DNA of 64,000 nucleotides from Flavobacteriales bacterium (GTDB lineage Bacteria; Bacteroidota; Bacteroidia; Flavobacteriales_F; PHOS-HE28): NCBI GenBank assembly GCA_016702645.1, contig JADJDP010000013.1, positions 20,143 to 84,142 of the forward strand, read 5' to 3'. Shown piece by piece: positions 11,371 to 28,739 of this stretch (position 1 is its first letter; each line of letters starts with the position of its first letter). The notes under the pieces were generated by a model. It saw only the letters and a program-made list of their open reading frames with translations, ran no database searches and was not told where the DNA came from. The position numbers and the translations under genes were made by a program.

Positions 11371-12132
11371 TCACGAACACACCGGTCTGAAGTTGATGAC
11401 GGTGGCATCCGTTGGTGATGCCAAGCTCACGATATGCTGCTCGTTGAGGTGCCATGTGCGCACATGGTATTCTTCAGCCGCCATCTTCACGAAGGCCTCG
11501 TGTTCGATCGTCATCACGTTGTGCTCACCGTCCACGCGCAACACCCGCAGATCGTCCATGATACCAACGCCGCTTGCCTTGAGCACGGATTCCTTGCGTG
11601 TCCAGAACTGGAGGAAGCGTCGTTTCGCATGGGGTCCCGCTGCCTGTATGACAGCGATCTCCGGTGCGGTGAAGTAGTGTTCGCTCACGGCAGCATGGTC
11701 CACGTCCCGCGCCATGGTCTCTATGTCCACGCCGATCTCCACCCCCGTCGTGAAGCCGACCAGGATGGCATCCTTCGTATCGCTGAAATTGAAGCAAAGT
11801 CTTTTTCGATCGAGGTAGGGCTTGCCAAAGGCGCCGCGTGAGAAGCGTATCAACGAGCCATCCCGCTTCAGGTACCGGCCCAATAGTTCGCGCAGCACAC
11901 CATGGCCCAGGATGAAGCGTTCACGATCCTGCTTGAAGCGGAATCGTTGCGCACGTTCGGTCTCGACGGGGTCGAGCAGGTCGCGATAGAAGGCCGTTCG
12001 TGGCCGCAGTTGTTCCAGCGTGGCGAACCAGAGGTGCACCATCCCCTCGGCAGGTGGTTCCACCGGCGCGGCATCGTTCCATGTCACATCTTGCGGACCG
12101 CTGCAATGCACGGTCAAAGTGCGTCCTTCCAC
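11371..12132 (-). CDS. Sfp-type 4'-phosphopantetheinyl transferase
   Basis: GAFGKPYL, FNFSDTKD, GVDIE and FWTRKESVLKASG motifs. Lies immediately downstream of the NRPS-PKS genes. Confidence 0.85.
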   Translation of the reverse strand: MEGRTLTVHCSGPQDVTWNDAAPVEPPAEGMVHLWFATLEQLRPRTAFYRDLLDPVETERAQRFRFKQDRERFILGHGVLRELLGRYLKRDGSLIRFSRGAFGKPYLDRKRLCFNFSDTKDAILVGFTTGVEIGVDIETMARDVDHAAVSEHYFTAPEIAVIQAAGPHAKRRFLQFWTRKESVLKASGVGIMDDLRVLRVDGEHNVMTIEHEAFVKMAAEEYHVRTWHLNEQHIVSLASPTDATVINFRPVCS

Positions 12133-12188
12133 GGAGCTAAGGAACAGGATCCGCGTTGATCAATGAATGTCGATGGAAGCGGACGACC

Positions 12189-15100
12189 TCAAGACACTGC
12201 TATCGTGCCGCGTTGTTCCCAGCCAGCGATCCTCACCACCAGTTGTTCGGTCAATTGAGCAACGTTCGGTTCCTTGATCAGGCTGTAGTGGTCGCCGGGT
12301 ATCACCTGTACATCCATTCCCCCTTGTGCGAGCGCGCTCCAGCCCATCTCTTTCGGTCCCCAGGATGTGGCCGCCTTGAAGACGGTGAGACGCCCTTTGT
12401 AGGGCTTGGGTTTATAGGCCAACACCGCTTGGTCATAGGTGTCGATGATGTGGAAGTTTCGGAAGCGTGTAGGCACAACGCCGTCGTTCTTCAGCGCGCG
12501 CTTCACGATACCGCGTAATACGGCCTTCTTCAACGGCTCGTAGAACTTCACGTCGCTCTCTATGGCTTGTTTGTGCAGACCGGGTGCATACGTGTCGAGC
12601 AACACGAGCAAGGGAACTTCTTCACCGATCGCCATGAGCTGTTGCGCCATTTCGTACGCTACCACTCCACCGAACGAATAGCCCGTGAGCAGGTAGGGGC
12701 CTTGCGGTTTCGCCTGCTTCATTTCCTTGATGAAGTGTGCTGCGATCGTTTCCACGCTCGTGTACTTGATCGCTTTGCCATCCTCGCCTTGGTGGAAGAA
12801 GGCGTAGAAGGGACGCGTCGGTCCCATGTGCTTCGGTATGAAGTGGCTGGCCTCATCACCATGAACACAAAAGAGCGGCGCACCTTCGCCATCTGGTTGC
12901 ACAAGGGAGAGGTTATCCCAGTTCGCTGTCGCGCCTTCGGTTCGGAGCAGATCCGCGAATTGCGCGATCGTCGGTGCCTCGAACAAGGATTTCAGCGAAA
13001 GCGTGCGACTGAACTGCTGCTCCACTTGACCGAGCAATTGGATGCCGATCAGTGAGTGCCCACCGAGATCGAAGAAATCGTCGTGTACGCCGATCTGTTC
13101 GTTGTTGAGCAACTTGCCCCAGATAGCGGTAAGCGTGCGCTCCATGTTGTCACGAGGACCGACATGCTGAGCCTTGAGAACAGAACTCTCGACCATTGGC
13201 GCCGGTAGCGCTTTGCGATCCACCTTGCCGTTGGGCGTGAGCGGGAACGAAGGCAATACCATGAAAGCCGTGGGCACCATGTAGCCCGGCAGGCGTTCGC
13301 GCAGCTGCTCGCGGACCGTGTTCAGCAGAGCCTCGCGCGCGGCGGGATCTTCGTGGTCTTTGGCATTCTTCGGCACCACGTAGCAGGCGAGTTGCTTTTC
13401 GCCGGGACCGTCCTGACGCACGGTGACAACGCGATCCTTCAGTGCGGCGATGTCGTTCAGTGCGTTCTCGATCTCGCCTAGTTCCACACGGAAGCCACGG
13501 ATCTTCACCTGGCCATCGGCGCGGCCGATGAACTCAACGCTGCCATCGGGCAGCCAGCGTGCGATATCCCCGGTGCGGTAGAGCTTCGGTTTGTCACCCT
13601 GAGCCTGTCGAAGGGTGAATGGATCATCGACGAACTTCTCGGCTGTCAGGTCATCGCGCTTCCAATAACCCAGGGCGACACCAGCACCGCCGGTGTACAA
13701 TTCGCCCTTACGACCGATGGGCACCGGCTTGCGGTCTTCATCCAGGATGTGGACGGTCGTGTTGTTCAGCGGGAAGCCGATCGGCACGCTGCCCTTGATG
13801 GAAGCCTCGTTGTTGATCGGGAAGCAGCAGGTGAACGTGGTGTTCTCCGTTGGTCCGTAACCGTTGATGAGCACGTTCGGGCCGAGCACCTTCAGCGCCT
13901 TCTTCACATGCGGAACGCTCAATACGTCGCCACCGGTGAGGATGTGCTTCAAGCCGCGCAAACGATCCACGTGTTCGTCCACCAGCAGGTTGAAAAGACC
14001 GACTGTGAACCACACGCTCGTGACCTTGTGCTGTTGGATCGTTTCGGTGATCTCGATCGCGTGGGCTTCTGCTGCGCTTGCAACACGAGGCGTCCGCCGT
14101 TCAGCAGCGCGCCCCAGATCTCGAGGGTGCTTGCATCGAAGGAGATGTTCGAGAGCTGTAGGAAGGCCACGGGAGCATCGATTCCGATAGCTGGCATCGG
14201 TCGATCAGCGCCTTGCTTCACTTCATCAAGGAAGACCACACGCGCCTTGTGCGCGGGCAAGCTGTTCACAAGGTGCCGCTGCGTCAGCATCACCTTCACA
14301 TCGGTGTCGCCGAACATGAAACTGAGGCGATCGGCAGGGTAGGCAGGGTCGAACGGCACGAAGCATCCGCCCGCTCGCAACGTGGCAAGCATGGCCACGA
14401 TCATGTCGAAGCTCCGGTCCATGCACAGGCCAACAGGTTCGCCTGGTTTCACACCGAGCTCGATCAAGCTGCTGCTGAGGGAATTCACCCGCTGTTGCAG
14501 TTCGCGATAGCTCATCTTCCCATCCAGCAGTTCCACAGCGGTATTGTCAGCATAGCGGGTGGCCACTTCATCGAACAGGCTACCGATGTCCTTCTTTGGG
14601 AAGTCGGTCACTTTGCCGATCCAAGCAGATGGCGGCATCTCCTGGTCACCGGCCAGCGCGCCTTCGCTCAAGAGGTCCGCGATCGTCGCGCTCGGTGCAG
14701 TTGCGATGCGTTGCGCCAGAGTGGTGAGCATGTCCATCCAGCCACGGATGGTGGCCTCATCGAAGAGGTCGGTATTGTAGCTCCATTCAAGCACCAAGTG
14801 CTTGTCGTTGCCCGTCGCGTTCAAGAACAATTCGAAGTTCTCGAAGGCGCGTGCGTTGCTGATGAAACGATGACGCAGACCCTCGAAGGCGACGCCGTCG
14901 TCCATGTTCATGTCGATGTTGAACACCACCGGGCACAGTGGGATGCGGCCCGGTTCGCGCGGCACGTTCAGCTTCCGAAGCAGTGTTCCGAAGGTGTACT
15001 TCTGGTTGTCGAATGCATCGAGCACGGCTGTGCGGCGTTCCTTCAAATGCTCAATGAACGGCCGGTCCTCATCGATGCGGCTGCGCAAGGCGAGCAGATT

Positions 15101-16042
15101 GACGCAGTGACCAACGAGATGCTTCATGCCCAGATCGCTCTGGCCCGCCGCTGGCAAGCCAACGACCATATCGCTATCACCAGTGAGCTTGTGCAACACC
15201 AGTTCGAACGCAGTGAGCAATGTGGTCACGAAACTGGCGCCGCTGCGTGTGGCCGTTTCCTTCAGGCCGCGCACCAGTTCGGGTGGCATCACCAGATCGA
15301 GACGGTTGCCCTTGTAGGTCTTCGTGCGTGGACGTGGCCGATCGGTAGGAAGATCAATGCGTGGCACGGCTCCTTTGAAGAGATTGAGCCAGTATTGCTC
15401 CACCTTGGTGTGCTCCTCGCTCTTGGCGAAGTCGATCGTGGCAAGACTGTACTCACTGAATGGGACAGCGTCCGGGACCTTGGGTGCTGAGTTTGTCTTC
15501 ACTCCGTTGTATAGGGCGCTGATCTCGGCCATCATGATACCCAGGCTCCACCCATCGCACACGGCATGATGACCGCTGAGGCGCAGCAAATGCACGCTCG
15601 CATCCACACGGATCAATTGTGCACGGAAAAGAGGGCCGTTGCGCAGGTCGAAGGGCGTGATCATGTCCTGCTTCGCGATCGTGCGCAATTGCTCCTCGCG
15701 CTCGGAAGTGATCGCACTGCTCAGGTCCGTGTATGCGAGATTGAACCGGATCTCATCGGTCACGATCATCCGCGTGCCGCTCGCGCTCAAGGTGCTGCGC
15801 AACGATTCATGGCGCTTCACCAGATGCTGCATCGCCGCATCAAGCGCTGCGCGGTCCAGGTCGCCGCTCAGTTCCAGCGATACGCTCTCATTGTAGGCAC
15901 ATGAGGCGTCCACGCCCATTTCACTGGCGGTGAGCACCTCGCGCTGCGCTTCCGTGGTAGGGATAATGCGTTCGATCGCCGACCCTGCGAACGGATCGAA
16001 GTCAACGGGAACGAATCGTGTTTCGGTGATGAACTTCTCCAT
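12189..16042 (-). CDS. NRPS module C-A-PCP-TE; frame broken once (ORFs 13949..16042 and 12189..14015); A domain lacks the A3 core
   Basis: C domain HHAVCDGWS. A-domain cores LRAGGCFVPFDPAYP, FDAS, NGYGPTE, GELYTGG, YRTGD, GRADGQVKIRGFRVELGEIE and PNGKVDRKAL. PCP FFDLGGHSL. TE GYSFGG and GDHYS. Confidence 0.9.
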
Positions 16043-16052
16043 TGTCGTTCGC

Positions 16053-22561
<6,509 letters not shown>

Positions 22562-22852
22562 GACCCTTCTTGACCTGGATCACCGTTACGGTGATCAGGA
22601 GAAGCTTGGTCGTGGACATGGGTTTTGCGGAGCCTTGCAACGAAGCCAGTGGGGGTTAGGTTGCCGGTCGTTTTTGCACGGGGCCGAAGGTAACCATGGG
22701 TCAGAGGCCTTCTGAGGGATTCCGGGGCTTGGTCTTCATGATATCGACCTTCGTCGAGTTGAAGTGTGTTCTGGTCGAAGGCTGGTCACTCTTATCCACT
22801 AGAACCCTTGTGCCTCAGCTTCTTGCGACTCGAACGGGGCCATGCTCCCGTC

Positions 22853-22860
22853 TATCTTTG
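22853..22860 (+). promoter_or_regulatory. candidate Bacteroidota -7 promoter box TATCTTTG for the first giant cargo gene
   Basis: Exact match to TAnnTTTG, 18 nt upstream of the ATG at 22879. Confidence 0.45.
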
Positions 22861-22878
22861 GCGACCTTTTTCAGGCCC

Positions 22879-25800
22879 ATGTCCACTTCGATCCGCTCCC
22901 TGCTGCTGGCCTTTGCCCTCGCAGCGGTGCAGCTAACATCGGTGGCACAAACACTGGGGCAGAACAAGTCCGTACGCATGTGGGCCGTAGCGCAGAGTTC
23001 GCCACCTCGCATCACGCTCAACTGGCTCACTCACACGAACACGACGGGCTATACGGTCTATCGCAAGTTGAAGGGGGGCACCTCGTGGGGCACTGCGATC
23101 ACTACCCTGGGTGCTTCGGCCACGCAATACGCGGACAACACTGTGGCCGTGAACACCAACTACGAGTACAAGGTGGTGCGCACCACCTCTAACCTCGGTT
23201 CAGGGTACGGCTATGTGAATGCCGGGATCGAGTTGGCCATGGTGGAGAACAGGGGAAAAGTGGTCTTGCTCGTGGACAACACTTTCACTACTTCTCTCAC
23301 GACCCAGCTTGCTCAACTGCAACAAGACTTGGAGGGTGATGGCTGGAAGGTGCTGCGCCATGATGTGAGCCGAACGGCCCCAGTTACCTCGGTCAAAGCG
23401 CTTGTGCTTGCGGCCTACAATGCCGATCCGGCCAATGTGAAGGCGGTGCTCAACATTGGGCACGTGCCGGTCCCGATGAGCGGCAATTTGGCACCCGACG
23501 GCCACGGTGAGCACTACGGTGCATGGGCTGCTGATGTTTACTACGGTGAGGTGAATGGATCCTGGACGGACAACAGCGTGAACAGCACTTCTGCCAGTTG
23601 GGCTCGCAATCACAATGTGCCAGGCGACGGCAAATTCGACCAGACAGTGATCCCTACGGCCGTGGAACTTGCTGTGGGCCGGGTGGATTTCTATGATCTG
23701 CCTTCTTTCTCACAGAGCGAGACCACCTTGCTCGGGAACTACCTGACCAAACTGCATCAGTGGAAGGTGAAGCAGTTCACCGCGCAGGACCGTGCGGTGG
23801 TGGATGACAATTTCACTGGGTTCAGCGATGCCTTCTCGCAGAACGCATGGCGTGGATTCGGTCCACTGGTGCACCCGAACAATACCATCGCCGGTGACTA
23901 CTTCACCGAGTTGGTGGCACAAACACACTTGTGGAGCTACGGTTGCGGAGGTGGTTGGTGGACCAATGCCAATGGGGTAGGTACCACCGCGCAGTTCGCG
24001 TCCAGCACCCCACAAGGGATCTTCACCGTACTGTTCGGTAGCTACTTCGGGGATTGGGATTATCAGGACAACTTCCTCCGTGCAGCGCTCGCTTCCGGAA
24101 AGACGCTGACCAATTTCTGGGCGGGGTACCCCAACTGGTACTTCCATCACATGGGCATGGGCGAAACGATCGGTTACGCCACCACGCTCACGCAGAACAA
24201 CGGCAACGGTCATTACGAGCCGGGTAATCCGAGTCCCGGTCGTGTGCACATCGCGCTCTTGGGCGACCCCACCCTACGCATGCACGTTGTGGCCCCGCCC
24301 ACGAACGTGCTGGCTTCTTCTTCCAACGGCAGCAGTACCACGGTTACTTGGACCGCGTCCCCAGAACCGGGTTTGGTGGGCTATCATGTGTATAGGCTGA
24401 ACACCGCCACGCAAACGTGGGAACGTCGGACCACCTCTGCGGTCACAGGTCTCTCGTTCGTGGACAACACGACCGGCTTGAGCGGAACGGTGCGCTACAT
24501 GGTGCGCGCGCTCAAGTTGCAAGTCTCTTATAGTGGTAGCTACTACAACCTCAGCCTAGGGGCTTTCGGACAAGTTACCCTGAACACTGTTGTTACGGAT
24601 TGCCTTGGTGTGGCGGGGGGGAGTGCATTGCCCGGCACTCCGTGCAACGACAACAACGCGTGCACCACGGGTGATACCTGGGGTGCAAGCTGTCAATGCA
24701 TTGGGACCGCCTCTGCGGATAGTGATGGTGATGGCGTGTGCAACGCACAGGACGGGTGTCCGAACGATGCGAACAAGATCGCCCCCGGCCAATGCGGTTG
24801 TGGGAATTTGGAGCCGGGGAGTCCTTGCAACGATGGCAACGGGAGCACCATCAACGATGTGGTCACCGCTAGTTGTACCTGTGTCGGACAAACGGTCGAT
24901 TGTCTTGGTGTTCCCGGCGGAAGCGCCTTGCCGGGGAGTGCGTGCAACGACAACAATGCTGTTACCGGCAATGATACTTGGAGCCCTGCCTGCCAATGCG
25001 TGGGTCAGTTGATCGATTGCTTGGGCGTAGTTGGCGGGTTGGCGCTTCCGGGTGCGGGGTGCAACGATGGCAATTCGCTCACCACGAACGATGTATGGTC
25101 CCCGAACTGCACATGCGCGGGAACGCCGGTGGACTGCCTGGGAGTTCCGGGCGGAAGTGCATTGCCTGGAAGCCCTTGCAACGACAACAACGCCTCCACG
25201 GGCAATGACATATGGAGTGCAAGTTGCCAATGCATGGGTCAAGTGATCGACTGCAACGGTGTGCCGGGCGGCGGTGCGGTCGTGGACCTGTGCGGTGTGT
25301 GCGGAGGAAACAACGGGTGTGTGGATGTGAACGTGTGCTATACGCTCCAAGGCCCCACGAACCCGGATGGCGAGGAAGCGGAGAACGGAAACATCTACAA
25401 CAACACCGGCGCCCTGGACCTTGTGCACGACAGTGAAACGAATCCCTGGCGTGGCGACCAGATCGCGGCACTGCACTACATGGATTTGGATATCCCAGTG
25501 GGGGCCACCATCGTGAGCGCCTACATGCAATTCACCTCACGTGGCACCTCGGGTACCAACCCATGCGCATTGCAGGTGTCGCTGCAAGCATCCGATGACG
25601 CACCTTCCCTCGGGTGGACCGCTTTCAACTACGGCGTGCGACCACGGACCTCATCGGTGGCTTGGTCGCCCGCGTTGTGGCCCACCGCCAACCAGGCAAC
25701 CGCAGCGCAACGCACACCCAACTTGGCCGCCATCCTCCAAGAGGTGATCGATCGACCGGGTTGGGCGGAGGGGAACAATGTCGCGGTATTCCTTGAAGGT

Positions 25801-28514
25801 ACGGGGCGCCGTTCATCCTGGAGTTGGGACCAGGACCCCGCGCGGGCTGCACAGCTCTGCGTGTCATACGCGCTGCCAGCTTTGGATTGCGTGGGTGTGC
25901 CCGGCGGAGCGGCCCAACCGGGAACTCCCTGCGATGATGGCAATGCCAGTACCGGTGGTGATGTGTGGAGCAACGGGTGTGAGTGCATCGGTCTGCCGTT
26001 GGATTGTGCTGGTGTCCCGGGCGGAAGCGCATTGCCTGGATCCGCATGCGACGATGGTGATCTCACCACCGGGAACGATGTGCTGGGAGGTGACTGCATT
26101 TGCGCTGGCGAGCTGCTCGATTGTTCCGGCGTTCCAGGAGGACCAGGGCTGCCTGGGGCACCATGCGACGACGAGAACTTGAACACGGTGAACGATACGT
26201 GGTCACCATTGTGTTCCTGCGAAGGTATACCGATCGACTGCAATGGCGTGGTGGGAGGTCCGGATCTGCCCGGCGCACCATGCGATGATGACGATCCGCT
26301 CACGACCGAGGATACGTGGAGCGCACAATGCGCATGTGTCGGTCTCACGGCTGATTGTTTGGGTGTTCCAGGCGGCAGCGCTTTGCCGGGCTCGTCATGC
26401 GATGATGGTGATCCAGCGACAGGGAGTGATACATGGAGCATCGACTGCACCTGTGTGGGTCTGCTGATCGACTGCAACGGTGTACCAGGTGGCACGGTCC
26501 TTCCCGGAACAGCCTGTGACGATGGTTTCGCGCTCACCGAGAACGATACGCTGGGCAGCGATTGCCTGTGTGCAGGAGTGCCAACTGGTATTGATTGTGA
26601 AGGAACAACGAGCGGTTCGGCGTTGCCCGGTACACCGTGCGATGATGGGGATGAGAGCACCGGAGACGATACATGGACGAACGCTTGCAACTGCGCCGGA
26701 CTGCCACTGGATTGCACCGGTATTCCCGGAGGTAGCATCCAGCCCGGTACACCGTGCGACGATGATGATGCGGGAACGGGCGATGACGTTTACGGCAACG
26801 ACTGCGTGTGTGCGGGTCAGTTGATCGATTGTGAAGGGGTCATTGGTGGTAGTGCATTGCCGGGTTCGGGCTGCGATGATGGAGAGGCGACCACTGGTGA
26901 TGACAGGTGGGGAGTGGATTGCGTTTGTGCCGGTCCTCCGCTCGATTGCCTCGGCGTGCCGGGAGGAAGTGCATTGAGCGGAAGTGCGTGTGATGATCAG
27001 GATGAGGCCACCGGTAACGATGTATGGACGGCAGATTGCACCTGTGCTGGCGAACTGATCGATTGCGAGGGTGTGTCCGGCGGCGGAGCCCTGCCGGGAG
27101 CGCCTTGTGATGATGGAGATCCCGCGACCGGCGATGATGCGTGGACCAGCGACTGCACCTGTGTTGGGTTGCTGATCGATTGTGCGGGCATCGCTGGAGG
27201 TGGAGGGCTTCCCGGTGTTCCTTGTGATGATGGCAACGCACAGACCGGCGATGACCGATGGGGGATGGACTGCGTGTGTGCAGGTCTGTTGCTCGATTGT
27301 GAAGGCATCCCCGGTGGAACCTCCCTTGTTGGCTTGTCATGCGACGATGGAAATGCAGCTACCGGCGATGATGTGTGGACGGTGGACTGCGAGTGTGCGG
27401 GCTTGCTGATCGACTGCATGGGAGTTCCCGGCGGGAGTGCGACGATCAATACCCCTTGCGACGATGGTGACGTTTTCACCGGGGATGATCGTTGGAACAG
27501 TGCGTGCGAATGTGCAGGCTTGCTCATTGATTGTGAGGGAACACCGGGGGCGGTGCGGTCGAGGGAACACCGTGCGACGACGGTGATCCGAACACCGTGG
27601 AGGATACGTGGACGAACGGATGTGATTGCTTGGGTCTGGTCCCGGATTGTGCCGGTATTCCGGGCGGAGATCAACTACCGGGAACCCCTTGCAATGACTT
27701 GGATCCGCTCACGGGAGACGATCAATGGAACACCAGCTGCGAATGTGCAGGACTGCTGATCGATTGTCTCGGTCTGCCGGGGGGAAGCGCTCTCCCCGGT
27801 TCACCCTGTGACGATGAGGATCCAGGCACGGGCAACGATAGTTGGAGCGCCGCATGCATTTGCTCCGGTGAAGCATTCGACTGTTTGAACGACCCAGGCG
27901 GTCCTGCGCTACCAGGTACTTCATGCGATGATGGCAATACGAACACCGCGGAGGATGCATGGGATGCCAATTGCCAGTGCATTGGTCAGCCGTTGGATTG
28001 TGCGGGTGTGATCAACGGGACGGCGGTCATCGATGGTTGCGGTACCTGTGCGGGGGGTACCACGGGTATCGATCCCGATCCCGATGATGACGGCGATAGC
28101 GTGTTGGATTGCGACGACAATTGTCTTGGACTTTCAAATTCAGACCAAGCCGACTTCGATACGGACGGCATCGGGAACCTTTGCGATAATTGTCCATGGA
28201 TCCCGAACGTGGATCAAGCCGACGACGACAGTGACGGCGTAGGCAATGTCTGCGAAGGGATCGGGATCGAGGAGTTGGGCGGCTTGACAGAGCTTGCTGT
28301 TCATCCCAACCCCACCATGGGCTTGCTCCGCTTTGGTGGGAACATCCCTGGTGCGCGTGAAGTGTTGTTGTTCGACCCGCTAGGGGCTTTGGTGCATCGT
28401 CTGCCCTTCAAGCTGGTGATCGACCTCCAGGCCATTTCCCAAGGCACCTATACCCTGGTGATCCTGGATGCCGATCAGCGGCCACTTGGCCGAGTGCGCG
28501 TAGTGCGCTTTTGA
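22879..28514 (+). CDS. giant secreted T9SS cargo protein, paralog A: N-terminal ~560-aa module, ~23 four-Cys ~39-aa repeats, TSP3-like Ca-binding repeats, type A CTD; frame broken once (ORFs 22696..27759 and 27597..28514)
   Basis: Signal peptide MSTSIRSLLLAFALAAVQLTSVAQ. Repeat consensus [36 protein letters not shown]. DxDxDGxxDxxDNC strings at 28070-28260. C-terminal HPNPTMG..GTYTLVILD..VRVVRF. Adding one G to the run 27546-27550 restores ..TPGGGAVEGTPCDDGDPNTVEDTW. Confidence 0.8.
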
Positions 28515-28661
28515 CCCTTTTCGCGATCCGCTGTTCGCGGTGTTGGTCGCTGTGGAGCACCCGCTCGTGCTCACTTCCGTCGGAAGCGGTCGATGGCCGT
28601 GTAACCCGCGCACTCGGCTTTGCGCTACAAGGCCCGGTCCAACCAACGGATCCTCCGTGGA

Positions 28662-28682
28662 CAGTGTGACTGCCTCACACTG
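28662..28682. promoter_or_regulatory. perfect 8-bp inverted repeat CAGTGTGA-N5-TCACACTG upstream of paralog B
   Basis: Read directly. Lies 58-78 nt upstream of the ATG at 28740. The TGTGA/TCACA half-sites recall Crp/Fnr-type operators, but the spacer is 5 rather than 6. Confidence 0.3.
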
Positions 28683-28739
28683 ATCCTGCCGCAATGCAAC
28701 GGGGGCCCTGAGGGACGATCGTTCCAACATGCTGTTCCC

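Noticed and set aside
22960-24560. Calling the shared N-terminal module of the two giant proteins a gingipain-like cysteine peptidase.
   Set aside because: No conserved His/Cys dyad is present; the candidate Cys in paralog A is Ser in paralog B. It is kept only as a weak fold hypothesis.
24556-26738. 324-aa and 369-aa minus-strand ORFs, plus many 60-230-aa ORFs, across the cargo genes.
   Set aside because: They are antisense or out-of-frame readings of the repeat arrays. The plus-strand frame carries the conserved Cys pattern and the signal peptide and CTD.
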